From Trichoplax adhaerens (taxonomy: Eukaryota > Animalia > Placozoa): a stretch of 64,000 bases of DNA. The stretch lies in the NCBI RefSeq assembly GCF_000150275.1, contig NW_002060949.1, positions 4,400,319-4,464,318 of the forward strand, written 5' to 3'. Positions 1 through 14,583 of this stretch are shown here, in pieces (the stretch's first letter is position 1; each line of letters opens with the position of its first letter). The notes under the pieces are model-generated. The model had not been told where the DNA came from. It made no database searches and saw only the letters and a list, made by a program, of their open reading frames with translations. The translations under genes were made by a program, and so were the position numbers.

Positions 1-3000
1 GGATATACCATTCACGATGTTCGACCGATTCTGTAGTTTCTGATTTTTCATAAAGGACAACAATATCGTTCAGCTGTTGATCAATTCTAGCATACATCTC
101 CTCTACTATGGTTGCTCCATTTTCATCATCTCCGTTTTCATTATCAGGAAATGATCCTGAATATCCAGTTATAGTATCCAAAAAATTTTCTTGATCTTCC
201 TCAAATTTCTTAAATGGTATGCAAAATAAATTAGTCTGTTTAAGATCTAATCGCAACCACAACGGTACAAAAGTAACGAAACAGAAAGTATACCTCAGCT
301 AAATAAACAAATTCTTGTATTTTCTCTCTCAACTGTACAATATCATTCTTTTGTTGTTGAAGCCCATCATAAAATTCCTACCGGAATCGACAAATATTTA
401 TTAAATCTTTCCATACTGTTGCATTACTAAGCAAAATGCATTTAATTGCAGTATCATACTATAGAGATGTTTTTAATGATCTTGAAATTCGAACATAATG
501 AATTACCTTACGAGTGATTACATGCTCCTGAATTCTAAATGAACTTCCTCCAAATTTAGTAACCTGATCAAGTTTCCGTTTCGCTATTGTAATCCACGCG
601 CTTAATCGATCATAAACGTTATGTAAATCCTTCGCGACACCTACTCCTGCATCAAGGGTCTTTCTATGATAGTTACAAAATTTTTGTAAATTTTGCCATC
701 GTTCCAATAGTTTATCAGCGTCACTTTTAATTTTAAAGGAAGCCATCAATTTGCTAGTTTGGCGTAACTGAGGTATCAGTTGTTGTGAACTACTGATAAC
801 GTTGTTGACGCGTTCCTGACAACCAGAAGCTTCTGTAAAGAAGGCCTACAAAAATATGCGCAAAAGTAAATAATTGTTTAATGATTATTTAGTATAAAAG
901 AAGGATTCAATCACGCATCCAGAGGATGTACTAGTAAAAGTTACGTGCATTTTATCAAAGATAATTTTTATACCATATCACATACCGTAAAGTATTCACT
1001 TTGTTTTTTTATGTTTTCTAATCTTCCAGCCAGCCAGCGGTACCTTAAGCAGTGTCTTTCCAAAATTGATAAATATTCCGTAACTTCACAAACCTTCCAC
1101 ATAGTATCAACACATCTATTTTCTACAGGCGATAAGCTAGTTCTTGCGTAAGATATTAGCTGGTCGAACTCTTTTAAAAATTGAATACAAAGTTCAGTCA
1201 TGTTTCTCATTTTATCTCTAATATCGGCTATTTGTCTTCTGATATAACGGGATCCGTGATCGCTTAAACGACTAAATGGAAAAGATTCCTGGAGCATACT
1301 TTCCACTACACAACGATAGCTTTCCACCTGCTCTGAAGACACCTAAATTTTGAAAAATTGGTTTAATAATATTCCTAATATACAGTACTACCTCATAAAA
1401 ATCAATAGAAGCCATGTTATGTCTGAAATTAAATTACATTCATAATATTTATGAATTCGTATCCTCTATTGGCTATGCAATCCACATCAGTTTTTCGTCT
1501 AAATAATTCATTAAGTAATGCCTAAAAAATGGAACATAAAGTTATAACCAGACAACACAACTATAAGTTACTTCTCAACAAATCTCGTGATCACTCATTC
1601 AAGTTTTAATACCTGAATTTTTTCCCTCTTTAAAATCATTTCAAATACATTCGTTGAAGCTTCTATTTTTAATTCAGATAAAAAGCCTTGCGACTCACGA
1701 ATCCAAGGTCTTATAGTTAAGATTAGCCCATTAAAATTCTCCAGTACCACAACCGCATTTTGTAAATATAACGTATGAAGTGCGGCTTGAGACAAAAGGT
1801 ATGTATATTGACTGCTTAAGCAGCTCATATCAGCTTGAGATGACAGTGACGACTCCGACATATCAGATAAAACCTTATCCACTGCTGCACTAAATTCACC
1901 ACTTAAGTTATATAGCTCTATTTCAAGGTACTTTATGTTCAGGAATATGTAACAAACATAAATACAACCTTAGCGCTACATTGTAATAAGAGCGGCTTGA
2001 TGTATAACTAAAAGTGAAGAGGACTACTAATAACTGTGTATACCTTTTGATATCGAATCTCTTCAGAAATTGAGCCAGCATCATTTCCATGGCTTAAATT
2101 TCTGAGAAACAACTGATTATAGCGAATAATCGAATCCCTCAATAAATCTATCAAACTTTCATATCCATATTCGATGTCAAGACTATAATACGAAAGCACA
2201 AACGAAATATTTATTATGGATTACAGGCATAATTCAACATTTGGATTGGTATTCTTACCTTTCAATCCAACGCTGAGCAGTAGTATCTGCGCTCTTACAC
2301 CCAGAACATAGTTCCATAACACTATAAATTTCAGCTGTACTAATATTATCTAAACTTTCATAATCAGCAGATCTTCCTTCAAACTTAGCTAAACGTTCGT
2401 ACCGTCTCCTACATTCACAGGTACCACTATCACTTCCCTTAGTGACATATAGAGAGAAAGTAATATTAACTGTTATAATATCACGATTGATAATACTGTA
2501 CTTATAGTAGGGCAAATCTTCATACTTTAGAAGCACTTGCGTGAATTCTTTCATTGATACTACTTGATCTAGCATCAAGTTTGTTTTGAGCTACACTTTT
2601 TTCAAGAGATGCAGTCAATATTTCAGAAGATTTCCAATTTCCAGTTTGCCATTGTTTTAGCCACATGGCTTCTACAATATTTAAGCTATCTTCTAGACTA
2701 GCTACTCTAGCAGATGATCGTCCTAGATCTTGCGATATCAACCTTCGTGAATCAGATATTACCGATGACACATATATTCTATATCTGATAGCATTTACAA
2801 TAATATGCTGTAAAAATAATAAAATTAAGTATTATACAGCAGATATCACTTCATATCAAGAATAAAATTGTACCATTATCACGTAAGGAACTCAAGTAAT
2901 CAACATTTCTTATTATACAGTATGCATAGGCTTACTTTCTCATGATAGCATTTTATAATACCAGATAAATTTTCAAATAATTTCGTATAGCTATGATTGC

Positions 3001-6000
3001 AACTTAATTTCTTATACATAGTTTTCCACAGCTGCAGTAAATACTCATATTTTCCGCGTAATCTAAACAAAATATTACATAAATAAAATTATTCCTATTC
3101 GTAAAAGAATTACCAGCTAATAACTGACTTCAAACAACAAATGCATGAAATAACCTTGAAGCAGATTCAATAGCTTCAGGACACTGACATTCAATAAGAA
3201 AGCACAACGATGGTACCCTTAATTCGAGCCTTTCTTGAGTCATAATCTACAATTGAGATAATATCTTCTAAGATTCTCTGCGTTGATATTATTGTTAATT
3301 CTTTTAAACTTACAGTCCATTTGGTATGATTAGATTTGTCTAGTAGTATATATTCATTATCATTCAGGATACCATTCTATTATGGAGATAAAATCATAGC
3401 TTATTAATACAAAATTAAATTAAAACGTACATAATTTTTATAGGACATAATTTTAGTACCTGACCATCATGATAACTACATATTGTACGAATTGGAATAG
3501 ATAATTGTTCCTTAGAAGTTTTGCGGAAGTGTAATGGTAACACTTTCAGAGAGACATCACATAGACACTTAATGACAGATTGGTAAGACAGCAACTCTTC
3601 TCTCAGAATCTACAATAAAGATATGGAACAATCACATGGTCATCGAGTCCTACGTATAATCTAGGCAAAACAAAACTTTCAGCCTACTAACACTAAGCGT
3701 GTTACATAAGGATTTAATGCGATCGTCCTTAATTTCAGCAAATTTATCATTAAGTATGTTTATTCTCTCCGTAAGCCAATGATCAGCTTCACTACAATCT
3801 AGGAAAAACTTTCAAAATATATGTTTATAATATTAGCGGAAGTTTGACAAATTATTAATGCAATCTAAACTTACTTGCTGATATACATGTAAGTGATGAA
3901 TGTGTTTGTCTAAGGCCGCAATAAACTCTGACATACGAATTGACTTAAATTCTAGACTTATTGCTTGTAGCTAAAGTTGATAGCGAAATAAACAATAAAA
4001 TTTACATTCATACCTACATGTACTATTACATACAACATTTGTACTATGCACTTACATTTTGATAATTATAAATTGCTAAATCGATTCAAGAGTATATTTA
4101 ATAGAGCACTTACCTCCAATACTTTAGAAGCAGAATGTTTATCTTTTATCAATTTACGTCCTATTTTTAAGTAAGTTGCAGTTCGTTTCTGATGCTCATG
4201 AAATTCGCTCTTTAAATCCTGATCATACACATAGAGTACATATATTAAAGTTTTATCATTATCATACCGAATATATTCAAAGTCGCGTCTTTATGTGTTA
4301 AGACAAGAACCTCTGAAAGGCGCTTATACCTTTTGATAATGCTGTAGAACATCGATATCTAAATCGGTTGCACTCCAATCTCTGCCTATCTCAATCTTTT
4401 CTTTTCGCTCCAACCAAGTAAGTTCATTTTGAATATTCCTTACAAAATCCAGCAATGATACCAAGCTCGTCATTCTTTTGGCTGACATATTCTATGATAC
4501 AAAATTTTTAAATTTATCAATCACTTTCCTTTACAATATCCCAAATCCAGTTGATATACATTTACAAAAAATAATTAACACAGTAAGTAATAAAACGTAC
4601 CATTACACGTTCATATAAGTTATTTAAGTCATGTATCAACGAGATAATATTTGGTTGCTGCCTAACTTCGGCCTTATTCTGAAAATTAAATTAACAACTG
4701 CATTTATCAAATAGATTTCCACAAAAAGATTATCTATATATTCTAAAGTAACCTCCAAGCTACACAAATATTTCACATCGGGACTACGTTCCAGTAATGC
4801 TATATGTAGAATTTGATGTTCGAGCACATAGTTTTGAATATCAATCCTATCTATGCCATACGACGCTGTTTCCAAAACAACCTAAAATGTTAATGATTAG
4901 GTTAGCTATGCTCAGTACGTTCCTGTATTCTTTACGCATATTCTATTACCTTCTTCTTGCTAAGCCAGTTATGGATCTCTTGAATTGAATGCAACGAATC
5001 TGAAAAATTACCCGATTCTGCTTGCTTACGAAAACTTTCAACCATTCGTTGTTGACGTTCGATATGATGGATATACAAAGTCAATACAAGAATTCGAAGA
5101 CCCTGCCACTGACTATAGGCTGATTCAACCCTGAGTCGGATAAAATTCGTTTAGACTTCAAAAAAATTATTGATTTAACATGTAAAGGCATTATAATAAT
5201 ATTTACGTGGTCTGCAATAGCGTAGATTCACTATAATCTTGAGTATTTAAATGTTTAGTTTCCATTCTCATACGCTGAATTCGGCTTTCAAATATCTGTT
5301 TATATATTTAATATAAATTAATTTATCTTAATAAAACATTATCTGTGAATAAGTACGTATTATGCAGAATTGATTTACTACATCTACAAGTAGTACAACA
5401 TTCTTGTTATGATTGCATATCATAAATACATAATTCATCCATTATTACGGTCATTACAACAACATCAATAAACTTGTAAACAGAAGTGTATGGGTATTAT
5501 AATATTGTAATACAAAAATTATACCAATAGAGAGGCATTTAACTCTTTGCAATGCTTCTGAACTGATTCACAGTCCATGGATGGCCATAATTGCTTCTCC
5601 TAATTTAAAAAACAAATTAGTTCGTTACATTTTGACATCAATAAAAAAAATTTTTTCTATTATATATTTAACATTACTTCATCCAAGCGTTCTTCTACTT
5701 CTTTAAGAGATACTTCCATTAACGACAGCTATATAGTTTATCGCATCGACAATATTAATTATTAAATCAATACAATTGTTCAGTTGAAGTAAATTCATTG
5801 AGTCAATCACCCCTTACCTCTGTTTCAACCTTTTCGTGTAACTGTTTGAGCTTAGTTAATCTAAAATAAAAAAATTTCATCAATCACGCAAGTGTTATTA
5901 GTTTACTAGATAACTTATAATAGGGCCATGGTAATACATCTTTTTAAAAAAACAACTATAAAAGGTACTTGTCATATTTCGCTTTCAACTTTTTCTCTGT

Positions 6001-9000
6001 CACTTCTTGTAATTTTTTTAAGGTACTATATTTCTGAAATTTTGAAAGAATTACCGATTATTATTCCTCTCATCAACTATTGATTAAAAAAATATAGCTA
6101 TTCATGGTTTCATCAACCTTTTTGACACGTCTAATTGACAACTCATTTTCGATCGCGCTATCACTTGACGATTGTGTATTCTATAGCGAAATATTTAGTA
6201 AACATTCACATGTACATCAAACTGGCTAACATTAAAATTAATACACAGTATCAATTAAACTTAGATATAAACAAGTTTACAACGGCAAGGGTCTAAAAAA
6301 TGAAAAATTGATTTAGTAAATGTATACCTCCAACTCTATATAAGCTTGAACAACTGAACGCATCATCTGTTCAATCGCAGCAATATCTTCAGTAAAGCAT
6401 TTATCAAACTCAACAATTACTGGCTGCAAAATTTAACAAAAAGTAAAATTGATATCGCAGTTTGCCTCAATACTAGTAACAGCAATGAACACAATTACTG
6501 TGTACTTACCTCCAACTCGATCAATGAGTTTGGTAAATACAAACTTTGATACTTTGAGATCAATCGATCTAGCCATAAAATAATATCATGGGCTAGTTTC
6601 TTGTAATTATCTACCTTTATTTTTAATCCCTTTATGCAACGAAAGGTTAATCCATAGAAAATTAAAATCATAAAATAAAAATTTCTATATAATATCACTA
6701 CAAATGTGCTATCTGGCTACTTAAAAATTCTTCTCATCGTATGCATATAGCAACTTATATTACCATAGACTTTTCATTTTCATATAACGATGTCGATCGC
6801 AAAACGTTCGTAATGAAGGATATATACAATAATATGCATTTATCATCAGGTTTACTATTGCATATATCTAAAAGATAACGTATAACATTTAAAAGGCAAT
6901 CATGTCTTAGTGTAAATATCTTTCATCATAAATTATATTACAGGTATATATAAACTAATTAAATTGCTTATAAGATCATGAAGAGTGGTATAACAATTGA
7001 ATACCTTTAGCTTTCAACAGTTGTGGTATATAAAATACTCTTTCAATAGCATCCATAGCAAATTGAACAATATCTACAGGTCTAAGTTGCTTCAAATTGC
7101 TGAAATCTACTGCATTAGGCCTGTTAAAAACCGTTATTTGAGGAATACGTACTAAAATAATGCCAAAAACTATAGCAATAAAATACTATCAGTAGTCTTA
7201 CCTAAATCCGTGCACTATGGCCGCTAACGCATGACCACTTCTCCAGCTACAATTAAAATCTACTATATCAATCCCAGGATATCTATTTATTTCACACGTC
7301 AGATGATAAAATAAAAACTTTACAATACGCCCGAGAAATTGCAATACGGGTATTATTACTTCAATTAATATAAAATTTTCTCAAAGCCACAGATAATACA
7401 ATATTGAATTTACCCTTCCGTAGCTTTCCTGCACCATAATAAAATAGCTTTCTGAGCAGAATAGATATTCTTAATATGCGAAGCAGCTGGAAATGAACAT
7501 ATCTGTAAATATTTAAAAAAGAAGTATTAATGAATTAAAGCATATAAGAAACTTGTTAATTTCATCGTGCTTGTTAATTGACTCAGTAAATCACATACAG
7601 AAATAATTTCTGAAATATTATTATAATACCGAAATTGGACCCTATCTAAAATGTCGTATATTTAGGATTTAAACGAGTTTATAAAATTTAAAACGCAATT
7701 TTTAGAGTACTTACGTGAAAATGGGTAATAAGTAACCATATTAATGACAACATATGCTCAATATTTCCATTTTCGATTTCATCCACGCTGATTCCACTAA
7801 TATCAAACTATAAGTCACGAATAAATACGAGCATAACGAAATTATGATAACTTAAACTCTGGCTAAATTACAAGTCATTTCCTATTGTACTTACTTCCTT
7901 CCGATGAAGAAAATTTAAGCAAGCAACTAGTCGATTTGCTGTTGCATACCTATCGTTACTATCACTCGTAATCTATTAACAGATCATATCACAAATGAAA
8001 TTGTCTAAGAAACAAGCTATTCTTGACTCAGTTAGTTTGACATAACTGCTATACTTTAGTCAAAGTATTATACCATATATTTAGTAGCTTACAATATCAT
8101 CTTCGAAAAGAACTTGCAACAATGAAACCAAACTTGTACCATCGGTAAACAAGTCCTCTAGCCTATCTACCTTTTTGGAGACCTTCATTTCAAGATACAA
8201 CGTATTCTTTGTGTTAATAATTACAGTATACAGTTACCTACCACTTAGAATGATGTAATTTAGCTTCTTCGAATAAAAAGTGAAACCTACTAGTACGTAT
8301 AAGTAGTGCCTCTACAGTTCACTACTCGTAAAACAGCAACGCAAGTTAATCTTTTTTAAGAAAAAATTTTTTGACAGAGCTAACTAATAAACCTTTTCTT
8401 CAAAAATAATATCATTTTTACGATAATAGCCGCATCCTAATTATCAAATATCGTATCCAACATCAATCAATGACTGTTAATGAGTGCACGTAGGCACCAA
8501 TTCTATCCATTGAGTTCCATAGCTACGCTAAAAGAATTGATATCTACAAAACAGTAGTACTACAGCGAAATCGATTAAAGATATACCGTACGTCTATTGG
8601 GTATCTTTCAAACTGCTAATTATCACATAATAAAATGAAGTACTCACATTTCTTAAATGAAAGTTAATCCAATTAGTAAATACCCTCCTTCTTACACTAA
8701 TGATTTGGCCACTTTCTATAATTATAAATATACAAACCATATGCTATTAATTAATATGGAATATTCTCATATTTCTTTTGAGGTTATCTCTTAAATACAT
8801 CTCATAGACGCGATGAGATCGTACGACCATTCAAAAAAGGTATACATTACATAATGAAATATTTCTAGCCATGCAGTAAATTCACAACGCTATACCTTGA
8901 CTAACATGTATCTACGCCGTACACGCTTCAATAAAATAAGTCATTCATTAGAGCGCATTATTTGCTATATCTTTTCCGATATATATGTATATTATTTAAT

Positions 9001-10649
9001 TTAGCGGTATAAGTATACCTGCAATGCATGCTTAAAGTACAATACCCCTTACAGTTTTACATCAACATTGTAACCCTACAAAATTATTCAGTGTAGTATT
9101 CGTATAGTGCCATTACCATTATAATGACTATCATGACCGATTGATTTAAAAAATATATGACGGGTGTAGCATACGTAGATTTGTAAGTCATTTCGAAATA
9201 TTTTACAGAAGAATCTATAAGAAAACTATCTCTGATTATGAGTGATTGTACAATCAAATAGCAAGAATAGCAGTAACAATTACTAATTCTATTGATAGCA
9301 GTAATGTAGTAAAGTTCCGCAAGCACAAATCAATTGTTACTTCTTTCTGCCGTTCTTCATGATAGCTTCTTTCATTTATCATAGTAATATGAAACCGCAA
9401 TATTGGCATTAGCAACGACAACAGGTCAACTTTAACGTAAATTTTCAAAGGTAAGTAAACTATCAAAACTCCTTTGCAAGCATTATCTCAACTACATACT
9501 GTATATACTATGTAGTGCAGTTTTATAGTACTATAGCTCTTCGGACAGGCAGTAGGTAAAATCAAAATATGATTTAATATACTTTTCACGCTATGGACAC
9601 CTTCATGATAACAGAAATTTATGACTTTTTTCTAAGAAAATTAAGCTGTCCCTAAAGATGATTGCTGACCAAGTATTAAATATTTGCATCCAGGACTTGT
9701 TTGCCTGAAAACAGTGCCGAACTAGCGCATATTTCGACCTATCAAGGAAAGTATAAAGACTACGCGTACGGTATATTTATATCATGGACTACTAAATTCA
9801 CCGGTGAATTGTAGTCCTTGAGTTGTATACTATAAAATTTACAAAACAATTTGCTAATTTTAGTTTCAATGGACAATTCTCGACCACAGAGTTGAACTGG
9901 TTGATATACTTTACGAGTACAGTGTATAGTGTACACGTATGTGATACGAATACTCGCAGATTAATCTGATTACATATAGTAAGTAGTTCTATTGTTAAAC
10001 TATGTACTAACTACTGTAGTGTTGGCAATCAAATATTCCCCAAGGTACTTCAATTAATGTAAGCTACAGTATTCAGAGTAATAAAAAAGCGTAATTTTTT
10101 CACTTTTAGGAGAATTAAAGCCTTGCATGGTAATTTACGAACTGATCAGCTATATAATTACTAATTCTACGGCCTGTATACAGTATTCTGATTAAACTAA
10201 AAGCAGAAATGCCCCGAGTCAAGGACTTCACTGATTTGAAAGAAAAAATTAAGGATAACCCATTGTACAATATCTTGAAATCCCATCTTATAACTACTGA
10301 ACGTTATCGCATTGACATGAATCACCATAACATTTGTGGTTACGTAAATACATTATTTAAACACATAATCATGATTTTTCTTTATAAATCTATAGCAAAT
10401 CAACGGCGTCAATTGCATAGCAGACGCTACGTCTTTTGCTAGTACCAAATGACGTTAGACTGAGACCAATTATAAATTATAACTATAATTATCAACGTGA
10501 CGATTCATTAATCAAGCATATCATTTCGACTTTGCTAATTCACAGATCAACGTTAATGCATGACTAACGGTAAGAATAATGCCTAACCACTATAAAATTG
10601 TATAATTAAGTTATTACAAGAATGTTAATATACCTGAGGCGTTAGCCAT
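1..10649 (-). CDS. Spectraplakin (MACF1/dystonin/Short stop-like), 5' part: tandem CH actin-binding domain, plakin domain with SH3, then spectrin repeats; multi-exon, continues past position 1
   Basis: Manual splicing of GT-AG exons. CH1: 8648-8715 (SGQIISVRRRVFTNWINFHLRN), 8093-8182 (VSKKVDRLEDLFTDGTSLVSLLQVLF), 7895-7972, ~7716-7808 (EIENGNIEHMLSLIWLLITHF). CH2: ~7414-7503 (SAQKAILLWCRKATEG), ~7201-7282 (YPGIDIVDFNCSWRSGHALAAIVH), ~6765-6870 (KPDDKCILLYIS). Plakin-type segments: LVSLLDFVRNIQNELTWLERKEKIEIGRDWS (~4330-4490) and SH3-like IPIRTICSYH...DKSNHTKW...VPSLCFLI (~3155-3610). Spectrin-like helical ORFs at 459-2771. The start exon 10634-10649 (gcaATGGCTAACGCCTCAG|gt, phase 1, fits exon 8715) is tentative. 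Confidence 0.88.
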
Positions 10650-12582
10650 TGCTCTTAATATACTTTTCTGAGCTAATTAATTAATCGATAAATTGAAGAT
10701 CGTTTATCCGCTTCTTTCCTAGAACGAAATTGATAGAAATCTATTAAAATGTCGTTACCCCCCAAAAAAATTTCGAATTGGATTTTGATACGACAAGGGA
10801 CACGAGTTAGTAAAATAAGCTTCAATAAATGGAGAATAATCCTTAAGAAAACAAACACTTCATTACAGAAATAGAAATGATGTAAAAATCAATCAATGCA
10901 CACTTCCAATAGTACTGAAAGATAATCCAAAGTACAGTACTGTATGCTATTAATTAATTATACTGTATATATATATAAGGAGTTCAATTTGATGAAACAT
11001 CTAAATGTTAATAGACATATTTCATGCAAATGATATTTCCGTAAGCCGCGATCGCTCGTTCATCCACTTGGTACTGTATTAAAGTAGAAAGGTCGAGAAA
11101 GCAGCGGCATTTCTGTAAACAACAACTACCGTAGAGAAAACAAAAGCCTCCCTCTAAGTTTTCATGATCATGTAACTCAATGAACGCTTGTGTAAAGAAC
11201 GGAGGTGGCTATTGTAGATCAACGACGCTTGCAAATGCTTTGATACAGTGATCATATTAAAGGTTAGTGAATCTGCTTTTCTTTATTCTCCTAATCATAC
11301 AAAAAATTTTGCTGCATTATCAAGTGTACACTGTACAGTACAGTAATGCGATCGATGGTTAAAGCCTGCAGAATCATTTTACTCGCTCAGGCAACATGCT
11401 GTGCAAAACAGATGTGTTTGTATGCATTGGCCCTTTCTTGACATTCATAGTGAATCAACTCTACGTTGACATCTTCAAAGTACGTGTAGATTAATCAATT
11501 CATTACACCCATCTCTATCTGATGTCTACATTGTACGAGTATATAGAAATGTAGGTGAACTTGACTCAATTTACAGGAAGACTTGAGTAAGCCATCGCGC
11601 CATCAACCTATCACTAGGAAATTTCTACACGATGGCCTCACGTTTTAACTGATATATACATACATTATACAGTATACTGTCCTATTATGATTTCTCGTCT
11701 ACGTGTATTCATGTACAAGCATTGTAGAATAGTTTACTAATTGATGGACATTTTCAAGTAATTACAATAGTCCACGATGTTCACATTTGCTTTCCAATTC
11801 TGGCGATATCGTGTGCAAGCACTGTTCACATCTAGCAGTAAGCTCATCATCAGCCTAATATACTGTACAGTGTACATACAGTAAGGGAAATTTTTAAGCG
11901 ACTACACCTGTCTATGATAGTATGATGCCTCTGTACTTTTAATTTCTTTACTATTTACTATACATTGAGTAATAACCCTTGGTATCCAGTAGTTTATCAC
12001 CAGCGTAGTATACGATAGTAAAGTAGCGTCTAGCCATGAGGTTGAATACTAATTTACTTCCTACACTATCAATATTCATACAAAAAGCATGATTAAGGTA
12101 ATAAACTACCAACCTTCAGTAAAAGCATGGGACCCATTCAATCCTATTATCAATCCTAATATTAGGATTTCGTAGTAGGATGGAATAGGCTATACAGTAC
12201 AGTACAGTATACCAAAAGCGAACAACGCCATGTGTCAAGCGTTACTTGCATTTTTTACAACAATTATTACTATCTCTAGCGATTCTGATAGCGATAAATT
12301 AATTATCCGATCGTCTTCATGACAATCCTATCCTACTTTGTACCTTACCAAATGGAGCAGTGGCAGTCTATGATCGCCTACCGGTAAATAAGCAATCGTT
12401 ATAAATGATTGGATTGATGTGTATTTCCTAGGCCAAGTCCAGCACCACGAGCCAAACTAGACGTCAAATGAGTGGAACACGTTCTACAATCTACAGTACT
12501 TTGGAGTAGACCGTTAGCAGGATGAATCCAATTTTTTTTTCCTTTATCTTCTAAATGGCGATTGTTAATTTATTGAAACAAG

Positions 12583-13910
12583 TCAAAAAAAAATATCTTG
12601 TGATATTGTAGAAGGCTAACAGTAATCTGTTTAACGGGAAAATTCAATTTACTAATTTGATTGAAATCAGAATGAAAATGATCATCAATTAAAATGCTAC
12701 GCCGCTTTCGCTGAGCTGATAACAAATCAGTACAGTCACAGTACTGTACTGTACTAATAAATCAATCAATTATAACGAACGAACAAGTCAATCTTTGTAC
12801 ATGTACGTTGTTTGTTGTACAGCACTCCCGGTATAGAGTACTGTAAACTGACTACGGTCTATCGTACCTTAAGCTACAGTACTTCTTGATAGCGTGACCG
12901 TTAATAAAGCAGCGGCGTCTTGATGATCATTGTACTGTACAGTGTACAGTGAGTGTACTGTACAGTACACTGTACACTATACTGTATGCAGTACATACTG
13001 TACAGTGTACTGTACATGTGTAAGATTACATGATTGATAAACATTGCAAATGATACCGTTAACCCCTCTAGGCTGCAGCCTATAGGCAGATACAGTACTG
13101 TACGCTAGCGGTACATTGCGGTACAGTTCTGTACTTAATTATTGGCATCTCATCCAGGAACGCTCAAAACTTCGCGCATGCTTGATTTTAGGACATTATT
13201 GATGCACTGCATGCTGTGTATACCGTACTGTATGTGTTCGGTAGACCTAAACATTTCCCTCGAGAAATGAAATGACTGGATCTAGAGTCCGATTTTATTT
13301 CTTAATTGATTGACTGGCCAAACTCGTTTCACGGATAACGCGATTTTAAGTGAATAAGCATTAATAAGATTTGATTTTGCGTGACAGACGGAACGGTGAT
13401 CGGATAATTAGATATCAAACCAAACTACCGTACACTGTACAGTACAGTAATAGCTACAGTATAATACATACAGTACAGTAGAAGAACAGTAATAATGATT
13501 TACTGTACAGTACAGTACAGTACTGTACTGTACTGTAGAATAGAATTAATAAAATTTGATTTTGGGTGCCAGACGGAAGCGTGGTCGGATAATTAGACAT
13601 CAAACCAAACTACAGTACAGTAAACAGCAGTGTGCTGTAGTGTACTGTACTGTACAGTGTACTGGAAGACAATAATGACATAGTGTACAGTATACGCATA
13701 CGCGTATGGGCAACAGCAATAATGTTGTTCAGCCTAATAAGCATTAAAATTTGATTCAGGGTGGCAGACGGAAGGGTGGTCGGATAATTAGATATCAAAA
13801 CAAACTACAGTACAGTACTGTACAGTAACCAGCACTGTACTCTTATCTAAGGGTCTCTAGTAAACAGCATATACTGTTTTTCTAAGATAATAGCTATACT
13901 GTACTGTATA
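12583..13910. repeat. Dispersed repeat copy A (~1.1-1.3 kb) with three internal ~75 bp subrepeats and TACAG/TACTG tracts
   Basis: 12583-~13640 is nearly identical to 62661-~63694. The subrepeat AATAAGCATTAATAAGATTTGATT..CAGACGGAA.GGTGGTCGGATAATTAGATATCAAACCAAACTAC occurs at ~13353, ~13545 and ~13736. Confidence 0.9.
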
Positions 13911-14583
13911 CTGGAAGACATAATTATTAAATCTTCGAATCATATGGTACTTGCTGCACAATACTTGTAGCACAACTGTAATAAATTAGGCACAAAAACT
14001 AATACAAACGATAATAATTAAATTCTGACCTACTGTAGTAAAAATCTCCTTTTCACAGGCCTTACTTTCGAGATAATGATATGAAAACACATTTGCAAAT
14101 GAGCTCAATTCATTATTCATCTCGCCAAGATATTGCCTGAATACCGTATAGTATCATATCAAAAATCAATAAAACGGTCTATTAGAGCTGTCCAGAATAC
14201 TCTACTGCCCACGTAGACTGCAGAAACTTCTAAAACAGAGAAACCGATAGAGGGTTATTAGCAGCTGTACGAAAATGTCGAGGCCTATTTCATCCGATCA
14301 GCGCATGTACATTGTAGTGAACAGTATCATTTACTTTTTCCTACATTATTCTATGGACCTTTAGGTTTTTTTCTAGTAGTCCACAGTCTATGGTAAAACC
14401 ATAGCTATATAGTAGAAATCCTGAATCATAACTACATACACGCATCAACCACAGTAAACCAACAGCGAGGGCTGCGATTCAATTGCGCCAATTTAAACAT
14501 CTTAAAACACATGTTTATTTCATATTATAAACGGCAAGGTATCTAATTAATAGAAATTTATCCCCAGATTATACAAAACAGGA

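Noticed and set aside
12152-12169. 18 bp perfect palindrome AATCCTAATATTAGGATT
   Set aside because: It is AT-rich and isolated, with no supporting context.
13059-14257. piggyBac element from TTAACCCCTCTA (13059) to TAGAGGGTTAT (~14248-14258)
   Set aside because: The right end has an imperfect TIR and no TTAA, and the duplicated unit extends well left of 13059.
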